Assembly (NCBI RefSeq): GCF_036321535.1
Contig: NC_087437.1
Location: forward strand, 65,846,001-65,910,000
Direction of reading: 5' to 3'
DNA from: Camelus dromedarius
Lineage: Eukaryota
Length of the DNA: 64,000 bases
Each line of letters begins with the position of its first letter. Positions within the stretch are counted from its first letter, which is position 1. Under the pieces are notes generated by a model that searched no databases, was not told where the DNA came from, and was given only the letters and a program-made list of their open reading frames with translations. Position numbers and translations under genes: made by a program. Positions 13,619-27,986 of this stretch are shown piece by piece.

Positions 13619-16600
13619 CTCTCCCTCCACTTCCTTCACTTTTCTTCCAATTTTCAGTTACTGATTCCCACTTTAGTTGGACTGTCTTTGTCTCAGAGGT
13701 GAAGGGTTAGTTGCTATTGATAAGAAATACCCAGCTTGGGTGAACTAAGAGGAGGAATTCCTTGAGCGGCAGGGGATTTTTCTAGCCCACTTTACTTCCC
13801 GCCTCTGCCCAAACCCCCTACATACACACGTCTCAGCAGGCAGAATTACAGAGATCTAACTTCACCCCACATAATTCCAGCCCAAAGCTTGGTCTACCCT
13901 GATAGGCCACAATGCAGGAAGTCAGTCCCCTTACTCCAGTCTGGAAGCCATTCTGGGGTTGCCATCATTGCAGAACCTCATTTATACTCTGTCATCCACT
14001 TCATCTCCCGCTCGCCATCTTCCACATCTCCTGTATTTTATTTTTTAAAAATCTAACATCATTCGTTCCCATGACATTATTTATCACCTCTCTGCAACAT
14101 ATCTTACAAATCTCTCCGCCAACTTCAAGCACCACATGGGACATTGCCATATATATGTCCCAGCTCAACAGGATCCATACTGAAGACATCATAGTCCTAT
14201 CCAATCCTTCCAAACCTTTTTCTCTCTCTAGCTTTTCTTGGTCTGTTAATGACACAACCATTCTTTCCCACACCACCTGCTCTGACCCCTCCCCTCACTG
14301 CCCAGTCAATCTTTAGAGTTATATTTGAGAACTTCTTTCTCCATTTACATTAAATTAGGTACAGTGTCCACAGAATGGGGATTGTCATTTACATAAAGGT
14401 TACCAGGGGGCTTGTTGAAAATGTAGAATCCCCAGACTCCCCAATTAGAGATTCTAATTTAGTAGGTCTGGGACAGTACCCAGGAATCTTTCCAGACGAT
14501 TTGCATGCAGATTGGCTCTAGTCCACACTTGAAGAAATACTGCTGTAGAATTTGCTTCCAAGACATCTCTGACATCTGTAGTTTCCTTCCTTTTGATAAC
14601 ATCACCTGATTTGGACCTTATTTCCTCTTACCTGGACTGCTATAATGGCTCCTAACTGATTCCTGTGTCTTCTCACCATATCCTACACCTTGCTGCCAGA
14701 CTCAACTTACTAAATTATCATCTCAAAAATCTTTAAATTCTGCCATTACCTCTCCCTTCCACTGCCCAGCCAATCAAGTGCAGACTCCCTAGACAGGTGA
14801 TCAAAAGCCCTGATTCACCATCATATCTTTCAATCCCTTCACTCTCTTCCATGCCCTCTATCGACCAGCCACATTGGGACCTTTATTATTCCAGGACAAC
14901 ACTCTAAAATTTCCTGCCTAGGTGCTTCATGCTCTTTCATCTACTTAGAATTTTCTCTTCTTCCCTCACAAGTATTCACCCGTCCAAATCCCACCCATTA
15001 TTTAAGACTCATCTTAAATACTACTTTCTTCATTGAACTTGTTCAATTTTTCTCAGAATATTTGAGAGTAGGATCTATGTCTCCATCACCTTCATATGAC
15101 CTACAATGTCCAGCACATGCCTTCTTCCAAATAGTAGAATCACAAGTATTTGGTGAAGTAACTGACTCCCTGAAAGCTCAGATCCCATCGTCCTATAAAT
15201 AGACTAGATTGCATTTCTCTAAATGCATTCACTGGCTTTTGCCAACACTGCAGTGCACATTGCCCTGTTCAACACTTTTGGACAGCTTGCTGGCTCTTTT
15301 TACAGTACATCTCCATCAACTTGCATTTCACTCTTTGGGAAGAGGTTGGCGCTGTCTGCAAACCAGATTATTTTATTGTGTGTGTCTCTTATTTTTCATG
15401 TATAAGAATGTTAAATATCCCCTGTACCAGGAATTATTCCTGTGGGAAACTTCCTGTTTATATTTCTCTTCCAAAGTCATTTCCAGTTATTCATTTCCTT
15501 GTTCTATTGGAAAGTGCCCACACTTCCAGGACCTTCTGTAATAGGTTCCCTGATGGCAGAGACTGTCATGTTCACCTCCGTACCTGGCATAAAACCTAGT
15601 ACTCAGACAGGTATGGTAAATCATTTGAATGAATTAACATAAGAGGATTGGACAAGAATGCTGATCTTGAAGGACCTTAGCAGGATTTGGGTCCCAGGAG
15701 TTAGACTGGGCCAAGGCAACTCAGCCTTGGAGGAGCAGTAGATAAGGGCCCAGATTAGAAGGCCCAGTGCAAAACTTAAAAGGAAGCAAAGCCTATGTTC
15801 AGGAGCCAAGGAGCCATGAATGGTTTGGGAAGCAGATAATGACAGGCTGAGATTAAAGGGCTCAGGGGTGTAGGTTACTAAGGAAGGCTGAGAGAGTGTT
15901 GACATCATTTCTTAGTCAAGATAACTTAATTACTTTAAACCATAAGTGCTGTCACTTCTAAAATAGAGATAATAAATGTAGAAGCCTCAGGGTTGTTTTA
16001 AGAATTAAATGCCATCCAACAAATGTTTATTGAGTGACTACTTCATTTCATGCTCTATGCTGAGTGCTGAGTAATGGAGGTAAAGTCCTTAGCTTTCCAC
16101 TCAAGGGCAAGGTCAAATGGGAAATCCAGGTTTCTATCCAAGTCATCCAAGTCCCATGATGGTTCAACTTTTTTTTTCTGTAGTCTTGTGAAAGACTTTT
16201 GTAATAAAGTACAGTGACTTGAATCCTCCTTAGCTGTGTTCTTGCCTATTACCTTCTCAGAACCCCAATGGGTCACTCAAAGCCTGATTTCTCATCACCT
16301 AAATCATGTTCCCATTTTCCTCCGATTGATAGATTTGCTGAAGAATTTAATGAGCCACTGTTTTATTTTATCTGCTCCCCCACCACCATCATCTTCTCTA
16401 ATCTGGCTTGAAACTCACTGCAACTCTCCTAGACATAGCTGCTGCTAACAATTGCTTGCCCACTGTGATCATGACTACATCTACAAGTTACTTCCAAATT
16501 CTTGGATACATGGTACTGACTTCTAATGATATGTCTACCTCAAGCCAGCCATGTTGTTGAGAGTATCCAGCTCGTCCAATCTAGCTGAGTCCTAGGCAAT

Positions 16601-16930
16601 TTTGGAGGGAATTTCAGTAAATCAAAGAAACAGTATTGAAGGTGATACTCGGATCATCCAGTACATCTCCCAATCTTCCGACTCTGGAAATACTGAGTTC
16701 AATTCTTGGGTTTCCTTTTCTTATCTGGGTATGAGTTTCAAATCTTGACCATTAAATGTTGCCACCAATTGTCTGTCTTTCTCCTTTGATAACCTTGAAG
16801 AATTTTTAATTCTAATTTTAGACTCTTTTGAAGATTTCAAATTATTTTCGACCATCTCATTTCTAAGAGGTAAAAGGTTATTTCCCAATAGAATTTGCAG
16901 AATATAGCTGCAAAATATGTGAAGCAATAA

Positions 16931-17047
16931 TAGATCTGAAAGGAGAGATAGATTAAATCCACAATTGTAGCTGGAAACTTCAACACCTCTCTCTCAACAG
17001 TTAATAAAACAACTGGATAGAAAATCAGAAAGGATATGAAAGAACTG
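16931..17047 (+). mobile_element. Old L1 ORF2 endonuclease-region fragment
   Basis: Translates to ...STIVAGNFNTSLS...KIRKDMKEL (GDFN-like motif). Confidence 0.7.
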
Positions 17048-18898
17048 AGGGCTTTCCCATATATGAAGAACTGACTTACATTCTAGAAAAAATCTTAGGA
17101 CTTTTAGAAACATTTGTCAATTTACTAGCTTTTGCTTGAATGTCATTTTGACGTCCAAAAGTCTCACATATTTGTTTTATTCTTGTCCTTTGAGATAGTA
17201 GCAATGTCCTCAATGTCTTATATTTATTAATTCATTCAATCATTCAACATAAATTTATTAATAACTACTACAATCAAGACATCACATTGGGTATTACAAT
17301 TGACTTCATTGTTTCTGAAATGTTTAATAATTGAATTCTGTGTGGAGGGCTATTTAGCAATAATGTATAGTACAAATAAAATAAACTGTTTAAAAGTTAC
17401 AGGATAAAATGAGTTCATAAGCATCAAGTGGCTTGCCTGAAGTCACAGAGTAAATAGGCACAGAGGCAGCAGCAGAACCCAGGTCTCAGGGCCCCCCCCA
17501 ATGCACAGCCCCCTTGGGCTGGCCTTGGGTCAGAGGGCTACTCCTCCACAGCATGCAATTAAGCTGAACATCTGGCTTTAGCAGATGTTTCTACCCTCTA
17601 GTCCATGTCTCTTCCTGTCTATCCTCTCCCCAAATTTCCCTCCTCACTTTCAACATGATATCACACCAAAACTCTTGACCTAAATCTCTTACCTGAAGAC
17701 CCCAAGCTGACTTCTTCTTGTGGGCACCAGGTTTATCAGAACCACCTGGGGTCCTTTATTATTGTTCGTGACATGCGGAACATGGGCCTGTACAATACTC
17801 TGCCGTAAGACCCAGAGATAAATTTCTCCTCTCCCTATACCATCTCCATCATCTGAAGGGCATCACTTTTTGCATTCTAGGAGGTTCTTCAAGGCCACTG
17901 CCTCTTCCAGTCTGTGGGCCCTACTGAAGGTATATTCCCTACATCATCATGTAGGTGCCCTTCCACCTTCCACCCCAGGCTCTCTCTCCTTATAACTTGA
18001 AGGCTGAAGTGCCACAGAAGACTTTGAAAAACTGGCCAGCAAAAACCTTACCAAACCAACCCTTCAGCCTCTCTGGTTCAGCCTTTCCCACTCACAGGAT
18101 ATCAACCTCTTCTCTAGGGCCCAGGACTTTATTTCTACCCACAACAGGCATTTTTAGTTTCAGGAAGATCTACAAAGCTGTTTCTCAGTGCAACAAACCA
18201 GGTAGTCCTTCCCCTATAACTAGGATTCTGTCTCACTCACTTGCTCCCTTTTATTCCCTTCTTTTTTTTTTTTTTTCCTTATTCTTTCTCATTCCTTGCT
18301 CTTCTTTTTTTCTTTGGTTTGGAAAGCCTTAGACTTTATATTTATTTAAACATCCTTGCTATTGGTAACTGGCCCCAGATACAATTTAGCTGATTAACTG
18401 ATGGGTTGTTTAGTTGACTGACTGGACTTCTTGACCATGAACAATAATATAAAAATCACTGAATCTCCGGATTGGGTGTGCTGATTCTTAAACCATAGCT
18501 GCACATTAAAAGACCTTTTATAAAATAGAGATTTCATTAAATTCTGGTGCCTGGGTCCCACTATCTTAAAATTCTGATTAATTTGGTCTTGGGTCTCCAA
18601 GACTTTCCAGGAGATTCTCATGGCTTGCCAGAGTTTAGAATCTCTGGGTAGATCTAAAAGGTTGCCCAAGCATCTGCTACTTAAATCCCTTCCACTGAGA
18701 AATCTAGAATGATGAATTTTCTTGGAACCAAGATTCTAGGTAGTAGCATCTTCCAGACAATCTTTCTGGGTGTACAAACTCTGCAATAGAGGGAAGCAGC
18801 AAGTACTGGTGAGTGGCAGACCAAAAACTCCCCTCAAAAAGCCAGTAGTGCTCATTTGTGGCCCTTGCTGAGGTCAAGGGAATATCCTCCTAGTTCAA

Positions 18899-19114
18899 CA
18901 GTGCTCAACCAGGGAAATTTTGTCCCCCTTCCCCCAGTGACATATGACAATGTCTGGAGACATTTTTGGCTGTTGTAACTTGGGGGAGTGCTACCAGCAA
19001 CCAGTGAGTAGAGGTCAGGGATGCTGCTAAACATCCTACAATGCACAGGACAGCTCCCACAACAAAGAGTTATCCAGCACAAAATGTCAGTAGCGCCAGA
19101 GTTGAGAAATCCTT
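18899..19114. mobile_element. MER20 (hAT-Charlie) DNA transposon
   Basis: gacaatgtctggagacatttttggctg...gatgctgctaaacatcctacaatgcacaggacagc. Confidence 0.85.
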
Positions 19115-20254
19115 TCCTAGATCCTTGCTCTCAGCTTCCCCTACCTCCCACAGGAAATACCAACCTTGGTGGAATTTGTCCTAAACCTTTCCCTTCTTTC
19201 TGAAGCATGATTTCTACAACGGTTTTTCAAATCAATATTTTACATTCTTTTAAAGTAGTCCCAGAACGTGATACTCCCGTTTTGCTTTTAAGAAATAAAG
19301 GCTGCTGCCTGACGAGGTGAGAGAGGCAGAATAATCCCAGCGCCACCCTTTCCACTTGCTGCTTCCTTCCCCACCACTGGAGGCCCTGCCGAGCCTGCCT
19401 TGACCAGGCACCTCAGCCAGCGAAGCCAGCCCTCAGGGTGCAGGTCACTCTGTGAGATGTCCTGAGGCCACTGAGTTTATCAGCCTCCAGCCTGGCTAGG
19501 TCAGACCTGCTGCCAAGTTGATTAAAAGTGCTGGGGCTGACACTTCTAGTAGTGCTCAGACATGCTGATTTTTCTTCCCACTTGCTTAGATCATTTCATT
19601 ATTAAATTTAAGATTATTGTGATTTAAACTGAACCATCAGGCAGCCTGGGGACAGGCGTGGAGTTTGGTGAAGAAATTGAACCTGGTGCTGCATTTACCA
19701 AATCCAATCTCAGCTGGGTGCTTTTTCTTTCTCTTAAAGAAATAATTCACAATTCCAACTGCTGGAAGTAAGAAGTAGAACCTTCCCCTGCAGTGTCAGG
19801 AGCCCACACAGAGAGGCTGGCACACCAGGAGAGGGAGCTCATTATAAATAGCATAAAAAGCAGCATCAGTCAAAACGCAGTGATGTGCCTGAGCAAAACT
19901 GCTAAAAGAAACAGCTTCTGAAATAACAAGCAATTTTTTTATTTTTGTAATTTAAAATACTAAAGAACAAAGACTGTATATATATATATATATATATAGG
20001 TTACGTATTTTACATATAGGTTAAAATTCACTCACACACACGGACACACCCTACATACATACACAGAACCCAACTGAGTCCTTTTAAGGGAATGATGGAT
20101 AATTATTAAATTTAAAATAACAAAATCACAAGTAGTCAGATCCTCACAGAGGGAGCAGCTGTCCTTTTTCTGTGTAATCAATGCTATTTATTTAGAAAAT
20201 CTTATGGTTTCCCCTTGTGAAATAATTTTCCTGTATGTGTATTTTTTTTTCCAG

Positions 20255-20314
20255 CTGAGATGGAAACCATTTGAGATTCCAAAAGCCTCTCAGAGGAAAG
20301 TGGACTTTGTGAGC
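20255..20314 (+). CDS. HGD: HGD exon 5 (LRWKPFEIPKASQRKVDFVS)
   Basis: T-tract + cAG, then GTaagt; 60 nt; in ORF 20204..20500. Confidence 0.97.
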
Positions 20315-20597
20315 GTAAGTCAATACCATCCACACCTGCCCACCACTCTCCTCTCTTCCGCAGTGGGTGATCCAGAGCATTTGCAGGCTGCGTGCCACAC
20401 AGAAGCAGCCTTGGATGCAGCCAGCAGACCCAGCACCACCTGCCTCTGCTCTGGGGCTGGCCAAGCAATGTCTTACTTACAGGCACCATATGGCCCCTGA
20501 CACCAAAGGGCACTCGGGGGCTATTGACAACATCTTCAAATGGCCAATGGAATTTGAGCATTTACCTACCTCAGGTTTTTTTGGTTTTGGCTAGAAC

Positions 20598-21050
20598 TGG
20601 GGTTCTTAGCCTTTTTATTGCATGGACTCCTTTGATAATCTGGAAGCCTGTGTTTTAAAATGCATAAAATAAATTACATAAAATTCCAGAGAAGTCAACT
20701 ATATTGAAATACAATGATAAAAATATTAAAATGATAAATTTGGTTTGGTTTATAGTAATATGTATGCTATCTTATTAATGCACTAAATCACAAGATCTAT
20801 GAAAAGATATAATAACTATGGTCATTAAAAGTATGAGCATAAATGATATTTTGGGAGAACAGATATAATGTGATATAAAAATGTCTATGATTTCTATCAG
20901 TACAAGGTTACAGGCACTTCTAACACTGCAGTTTGTTGCTTACATTCACATTAATTGAAGGAAATGATCAATTTCAGTCAGAGATTGGCAAAATACGTAT
21001 ATAATTTTTTTCTCCCATCCAAGTCCATAAACTACCCAAAATGGTTCCCT
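20598..21050. mobile_element. hAT-Charlie DNA transposon relic (MER119-like)
   Basis: ggggttcttagcc start and AT-rich body ending ...tttctcccatccaagtcca resemble the recalled consensus. Confidence 0.65.
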
Positions 21051-21967
21051 GGGCTAGAATAGCATCAACTCAGGGTGGCAACTCTAGTTAGTACAATGCT
21101 GATTGGAAGTTCTGCTTGGTAGTTAGAGATGCTGGGAGTATTGAACGCCTGTGCCCAGAGCAAAACATGTGTAGGGGAGAGGCTGGGGGCTACAAGGAGG
21201 TGGGGCTCAAAAAACCCAGTGGAGGGTTCTACAGACCAACCTCAGGTCCTGGCTTACTTAGGGAGAGTCCATGTGCCCAGTCATAGGCCAAATTTTTTGG
21301 TTCCTGTTGAATTATTTATCCATATTAAGTGCTCCAATCTCTGTGTGGACTCATCTAAATAGACCCAGATTTGCAAGTCGAGTTAAAATACAAAAAGATA
21401 TCCCTCACCATGGGCGAATTATGGTTATCTAGAGGAGCAGAGCTCCCTCCTTTTGGGAAGGGCCACGTGTTAAGGTTTCTTGCACTGTGGGTTATTAGCA
21501 GAGAGGGTTTCAGTTGGTCAGAATACCTTCCTCTCCCCTGTTTTGGAGAGCTGGCCCTATCAATAAGCAGAGGGCTGCCCACATGATGAAGTATATTTGA
21601 GGGCCATTAATTGGTCCCTAGTGCTGCAACCTTTCTCCCCTCAAGCCTCCTAGGTGCCTGATTTTACCTCCAAAGGAAACTCTCCTTCAGGTTGATCTTA
21701 AGCACCAAAATGATAAAATGCCAAGTAGTGAATTGATGCTCTGTAGGTTAATTCTGATGGAGCCATGAAGACAATCCAGATATAGAACCATGGCTGGCAA
21801 TTAAGGTGAGCCACCATCTATAAAACATAAGGCAGTAAACTCGGGGCTCCCTAGAGGCAGCCTGGTTCCAAAGGGAAGACACTAGTAGAACTTGCCTCAT
21901 GACTCTCAGGGACCAGGGGGAGGTCTTGGCCTCATTCACTTTTTCCTCTCCTGTGGGTCTCTCCCAG

Positions 21968-22059
21968 GGTCTGCACACCTTGTGTGGAGCTGGAGACATC
22001 AGGTCTAACAATGGGCTTGCAGTCCACATTTTCCTCTGCAACACCTCCATGGGGAACAG
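21968..22059 (+). CDS. HGD: HGD exon 6 ([31 protein letters not shown])
   Basis: ccAG/GTaagt boundaries; 92 nt; manual translation. Confidence 0.97.
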
Positions 22060-23228
22060 GTAAGTGTTTCAGAGCAGGAGCAGGAAATCCCCACTCCCCG
22101 AGTTGTTGGCCAGAGGATGAAGCCTGGGTTGTTGTGTTTGTTATTGCTTTTTTTTCCTCAAAGCAATTTTGATATGCATTGATTAATGGTGATAATAAAT
22201 GAGCATTTCTATCTTGACTAACTCCTGTGACATAAACAAGAATGTCACATATTAATGGAAACAGAAAAGGGATAATGGGGCACTGAAAGCAGGAGTAGTC
22301 AAAGAAGCATTTTGACTTTAACCAGGTTTGAGTCAGAATATCCTTAACTTCTAAGGCTCCTTAGGGCTGTTCTTGAGTCCAAAGTCACATTACATGAGCA
22401 GCCATTAGGGCTACCTATTGGCGGTAGGTCAAGCTGACAGACTGTGTCTTCAGCTAATAACTCTGTGTAAGCTTAAAGTTCCTAAACAGAAGGACTTACA
22501 TATTAGATTTTTTAAATCAGAAAACATAATTTCTGCCTTTTCTTTGGGAAGCAGAATATCATAACAGTTTTGCATACTACCTCTGGAACCAAACTGTCGA
22601 GTCCAAAGCCCAGTCCATTCTTCCTGGCTGAGTGAACTTGGACAAGTCATTTAACTTCTCTGAGCCGTGAATCAGGGCCAAGATCACAGCCCTATGACTA
22701 GGCACTGGAGACATCCCTTGGGGTCCAACGTCATACCAGGCAGCTCTTCCCTCTCCACTTGAGCTACCCCAGCCTTCACTCAGTTCTTTCAACCTATGTG
22801 CCCTCCTGCCTCAGAGCATGTGCATGTGCTGTTCCTTCTGCCTGGAATGGCCTCCCCACCCAAACCCATCCCCAAACCCTTGCCTAGATGATTTCTTTAG
22901 ATCTCAGGTCAAACGTCCCTTCTTCGGGGAAGCTCTGGCTGCCTCCTCAGACAGATCAGGTTCCTTATCTTTTCATTCCCCTGAACTTGACTTGCCCAGT
23001 GCCACTACAGTTTTCGGTGATACAGTTCTGTAACTGCTGGATTGCTGTCTGACTTCCTCCTAGACTCTAAGCTCCATGAGGGCAGAGATGGGGTCATCTT
23101 GCTCATCATATTACACCCAGCACTAAGCCTGGCACACACTGGGTACTGAGCAATAATTTGAGCAGTGACTTAATTTGCCTGGACAATGTTAAAACTGGAA
23201 ATCATAGGAATTATTCTGTATGTTTCAG

Positions 23229-23263
23229 ATGCTTTTATAATTCAGATGGGGACTTCTTGATTG
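23229..23263 (+). CDS. HGD: HGD exon 7 (CFYNSDGDFLI-V)
   Basis: tcAG/GTaagt boundaries; 35 nt; NSDGDFLI motif. Confidence 0.96.
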
Positions 23264-24072
23264 GTAAGTTATGAGGATTCCAGACTCCTTAACTGTTAAT
23301 TGATCCCTAGTCACAAGCTGCTTTTTTAATTGAATACATATTATTTTCCTTCCAATCTGCCTTATTTAGTGCAATCTACAGACCTAGGTGTAAAGGCAAC
23401 TGGTGGTCTGGAAAAAATTCCCGTGTACCTCAAGTGCCTACTCTATTTCCTGGTCTCCCTGTCTTTGCTTATTTCTGCGGGGCCTTTCTAATCAGGGGGA
23501 TCTGGACAGCTGAAAAGAAATGGAGGGTAATACCAACATGTGATTAACTTGTTAAGATAACTGTTTGCCTTCTAATTCACTGAAGAAAGGGCCATCTGTC
23601 ATTGACATCTGTAATATACATACAAATTTTCATGAGACCATCTAAAATGGAAAGTCTAGTAAGGAAAGTCTCTGGTCTTTCCATTCTTTTTGATGGTTTT
23701 AATACCAATATTTTGGAGTGAACATTTTGATGTAGACATTAGACATGCAAATGCCAGCCTCCTGCTGGAAAATAGGTCCTTTTCCACCCTATTTCTGCTG
23801 CTCTTTCTGGTCAATTCACAGAATTGTGCATATACAAGTTCCTTCCTTACCTAGCAACCAAAAAAAAAAAAGTTAATTTTTTTCATTCATGTTTTTCTAG
23901 ATAGTAAAATAGCTAACCTAAGTTATCAGAATACATATTTCCCCCATAAGACTCAATAAAGCTCTTTTCACTTTGGATGAAAAATCAAATGCAGCCCTTA
24001 AGCCTTTTACTCTTCATGAAGTGGTTCTCACATGAAAAGAATTACTCACTGCTGTCCTGTCTTTTTTGTCAG

Positions 24073-24152
24073 TTCCCCAGCAAGGGAAACTTCTCATTTA
24101 CACTGAGTTTGGCAAGATGCTTGTACAGCCCAACGAGATCTGCGTCATTCAG
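24073..24152 (+). CDS. HGD: HGD exon 8 ([26 protein letters not shown])
   Basis: tcAG/GTtggt boundaries; 80 nt; in ORF 24066..24386. Confidence 0.97.
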
Positions 24153-24543
24153 GTTGGTGATGTGTCCCCGTCTCCTCCCTGCTTCTCCCTAATTTGGGAG
24201 CAATCAGATGTTGCAGCTGCTGCTATTTCCAACTCTAAAATTTCTGTCATGTCTGAGCAACGGGGAGGGAGTTGGAGTTACACAGAAGGCTCCCTGAGCA
24301 GAAGAGTAAGCAGGCTTGGGTGTCTGCTTTGTTTTAAAATAGCACACAATCACAAAGCAAAGAGCTTTGTCAGTTCTCTTTCCTAAATATTTATACACCC
24401 GGTGGATAAGGCCCTGGATGGGAGTGAAGGGCAGTGAAGATGGATTTCTTCAAAATCTGGCTAAATCAGAGCACTGTTATCTCTGAGCCCAGTGAGGGAG
24501 TAGACTAGAATTGGTTTGGGTCACAGATGTGACTAGAAGTTAA

Positions 24544-24840
<297 letters not shown>

Positions 24841-26745
24841 TAGAGGACACAAATAATCACATGAAAGTTAAACATCTTTCTCCCCTCTTTATCACACTCA
24901 AACGTTCAACTTTCCTCTCTAGACAACTTCTTCTCTAACCAAGTGTAGCTGGGAATTTCAGAACCTACTGGAGCTCCCTGAGCAATCACAGACTTCTTTT
25001 TCTGGACCTCTAAATTCAGGGGCTCCAGGTGGTATGGCTGACCCATCTGATGAGATGACAGCTTTGTTAATTAGCTGGTCAGTGTGTCAGTCCATCAGCT
25101 TGTCTTGGCTCCCATGCTGTGCTGAGGGCAATGACAGGAACCACATCAAGGGTAATGAAGGCCTCTTGCCATCACATACATGCATAACAGAATGATCCAA
25201 GCCAACCCATTATAAGTCTCTCTCTAGAATAGCGTTCAGACCACTGGGGAGCAAGACAATATGTAATACATTTCAGGTTATACAGAGTACACCCTAAAGG
25301 ATGTAGAAGTCTGGGTTACTGTGGGCCAACTCTCCAGGAACAGCTTCATAGAAGAGATGAGATGTGACTAACCCTTGATGAAAAGTTGAGAGAAAATAAA
25401 GAGGAAAGGGAACGGCTTAAGATAAAGTATTCAGGTGAGAATGGGCTTTGTGGAAAGGAGGAAGATCATTTTCTTAGGCCAGTGGGTTGTGTGTAGACAA
25501 TAGAGTAAGGAAAGACATAAAAACGGCGGGGGGCTATGTTGCTTTGGAAAGGGGAAACGGATTGAGAGAGACACAGTCTACAAACCTCACACTTCTACTG
25601 AGCACACGCCACAAAATCGACACCCTTGAGAGTCAGAAAGTGTACCTCACTCAGTGCTGTGAAGCAGCTAGAAACCACAGCCTCCACGAGGCAGATTCAA
25701 ACTTTCCAAAGTGAACCAGCATCCTCCACACCCGATTCTTCTGGCAAGCCAGAGCCAGGATACCAGGAGAGAAGCGAAGGTGGAAGGAGGGCTTATTCTC
25801 AAAATGTCTCTGGGAGTGAAAAGAGTGGTTGGGAAAACTGGCCCTTTGTTTCATCTCTGGCATGTTTGCTGAAGGTGGCGGCCACACCTCCCAGCTCTTC
25901 CCTTTCCTTGTCAACAGATTTTTTAGAGCAAAACAGGGACAGGGCATCATGTGCCTTCCAGTCACTCCCCTGGGGGAATCCAAATAGTCAGAGGAAGGTG
26001 GGAGGCAGCAGAGAGACAGCTGGAGCCATGGCGGGCCGTCTGTCATCCTGCTCCCCACCCGCTCTTCCCACTCGGCTCCAGCCACCTGCTGCCCTACAGC
26101 CAGCCCAGCTTCCAGGTTCTATGGAACACAGACCCTCTGGAAAATATGTATAATTTACTAACCAGCTGGACGCTTTTTTTTTTTTAACCCCAGGAGCTGG
26201 CAATAATAAAACACTCCCCAGGTCTGTCCTCTCAGAGTTAAATTATGTTTTTGCGCTAGTGCTTTTCATTTTTGGTCTTTTGATTTATTTTCTTTCTCTG
26301 GAGGGAATACTCCCAACGTGAAGGTGAGCAGGCAAGTACCAGATACTTTCTCCCTCGGTGGCAGACAGATCTGCCAGGCTGCAGAGCAATTTAAAGACTT
26401 GGATTGATTCTGAGTTCTGTGTTAGGAGCAGAGGCACGCCTGGGGCTACAGTATGTAACCCTTTCTTTCTCCAGGACTGTAGATGAGTTCTAGGACCATC
26501 AGAATTTTCTTGGGAAAAAAAAAGTCTAGTATTCTATCATATCTTCCCTTTTCTAGTCTTTTCCTCTTCTTCCCTCCCCTCCCCTGTAGTGATGAGATAA
26601 TGCATACAAAATGTTTATAAACACTATTCATTCTACAACTTTAGGAAGTAATGCTGGTGATGATATTTTCATGATTTTTTTTTCTGACCAAATTCCTTGG
26701 GTCCTCCTTAAAAGGTACCAGACTGGGATTCCAGTAGATCTTTGA

Positions 26746-27015
<270 letters not shown>

Positions 27016-27958
27016 TAGGCAGGGGAAGGAATAAATAGTTATTAAGCACCTTCTGATTGCCAAGTCTGGTGTTAAGTATTTACACATATTCTTTCATCTT
27101 TACCACATCACAGATCAAGAAAACGGGCCAGGTAGTGTTAAATAACTTAGCAAATGTCACAGTAAATGACAGAATCAGCATTCAAACCCGTATCTTTCTG
27201 ACTCCAAAGGTCATGCTCTTTCTATTCATCAAGCAATAAAAAACCCAACAATATGTAGATCTCTATAAATGGTGGGGAAAACATAATATATAGGCAGGGT
27301 AATATGTTCTGAAAAGAGAAATGAGCTAATAGCAATTCATCTAAGACTTATATTCACCAATGGCCACCATATTTCAAATATAAGCACTGATGGATAGAAA
27401 ATAAATAGAACTTAGTTAATTAGTTTGACTTGGTTTATATTGCCAGCCTGGTAAACTCAGGAGATAAGCAAAGGCATAGATAATACTAAAAATAATAATA
27501 ATAAAATAAGATGCAATCTATAGTATAATACACTATTACTTAATATACTGGGTATATAATATAGTAGAATAAAATAATCATATAGTAAAAATAATACAAA
27601 GATCTCTTCTGTCCACTATTAATTGTTGCTTTATTTTTGCTCATTTAACTTACTGCTTATATTTCACAAGGTATGTTATTTTCTTTGACAGCATCTAGAA
27701 GGTATGTTAAGCAGCAGAGGCCAACTAGTTTGGCACATAAAATTAACCCCTGAGGGTTAATTGTCACTCTCATTGACACATAGTCACCCTCATATTCTCT
27801 GGATCAGGATTTCTCAAAATGTGGTTCAGAGACCCTTGGCATCAAAAATTCTCAGAGTGGCTTGTTTAAAATGCAGACACTCAGATACTACTCCAGCCTG
27901 GCAAAAATGATAACCTCTGGGATGCAGTGTGGAAATCACATTCATTTAAAGCATATAC

Positions 27959-27986
27959 CAAAAAAACAAAAAATAAATTAAAGAAA
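27959..27986 (+). mobile_element. Poly(A)-only retrotransposition scar with 11-bp TSD
   Basis: AAAGCATATRC at 27948-27958 and 27987-27997; TT|AAAG target site. Confidence 0.6.
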
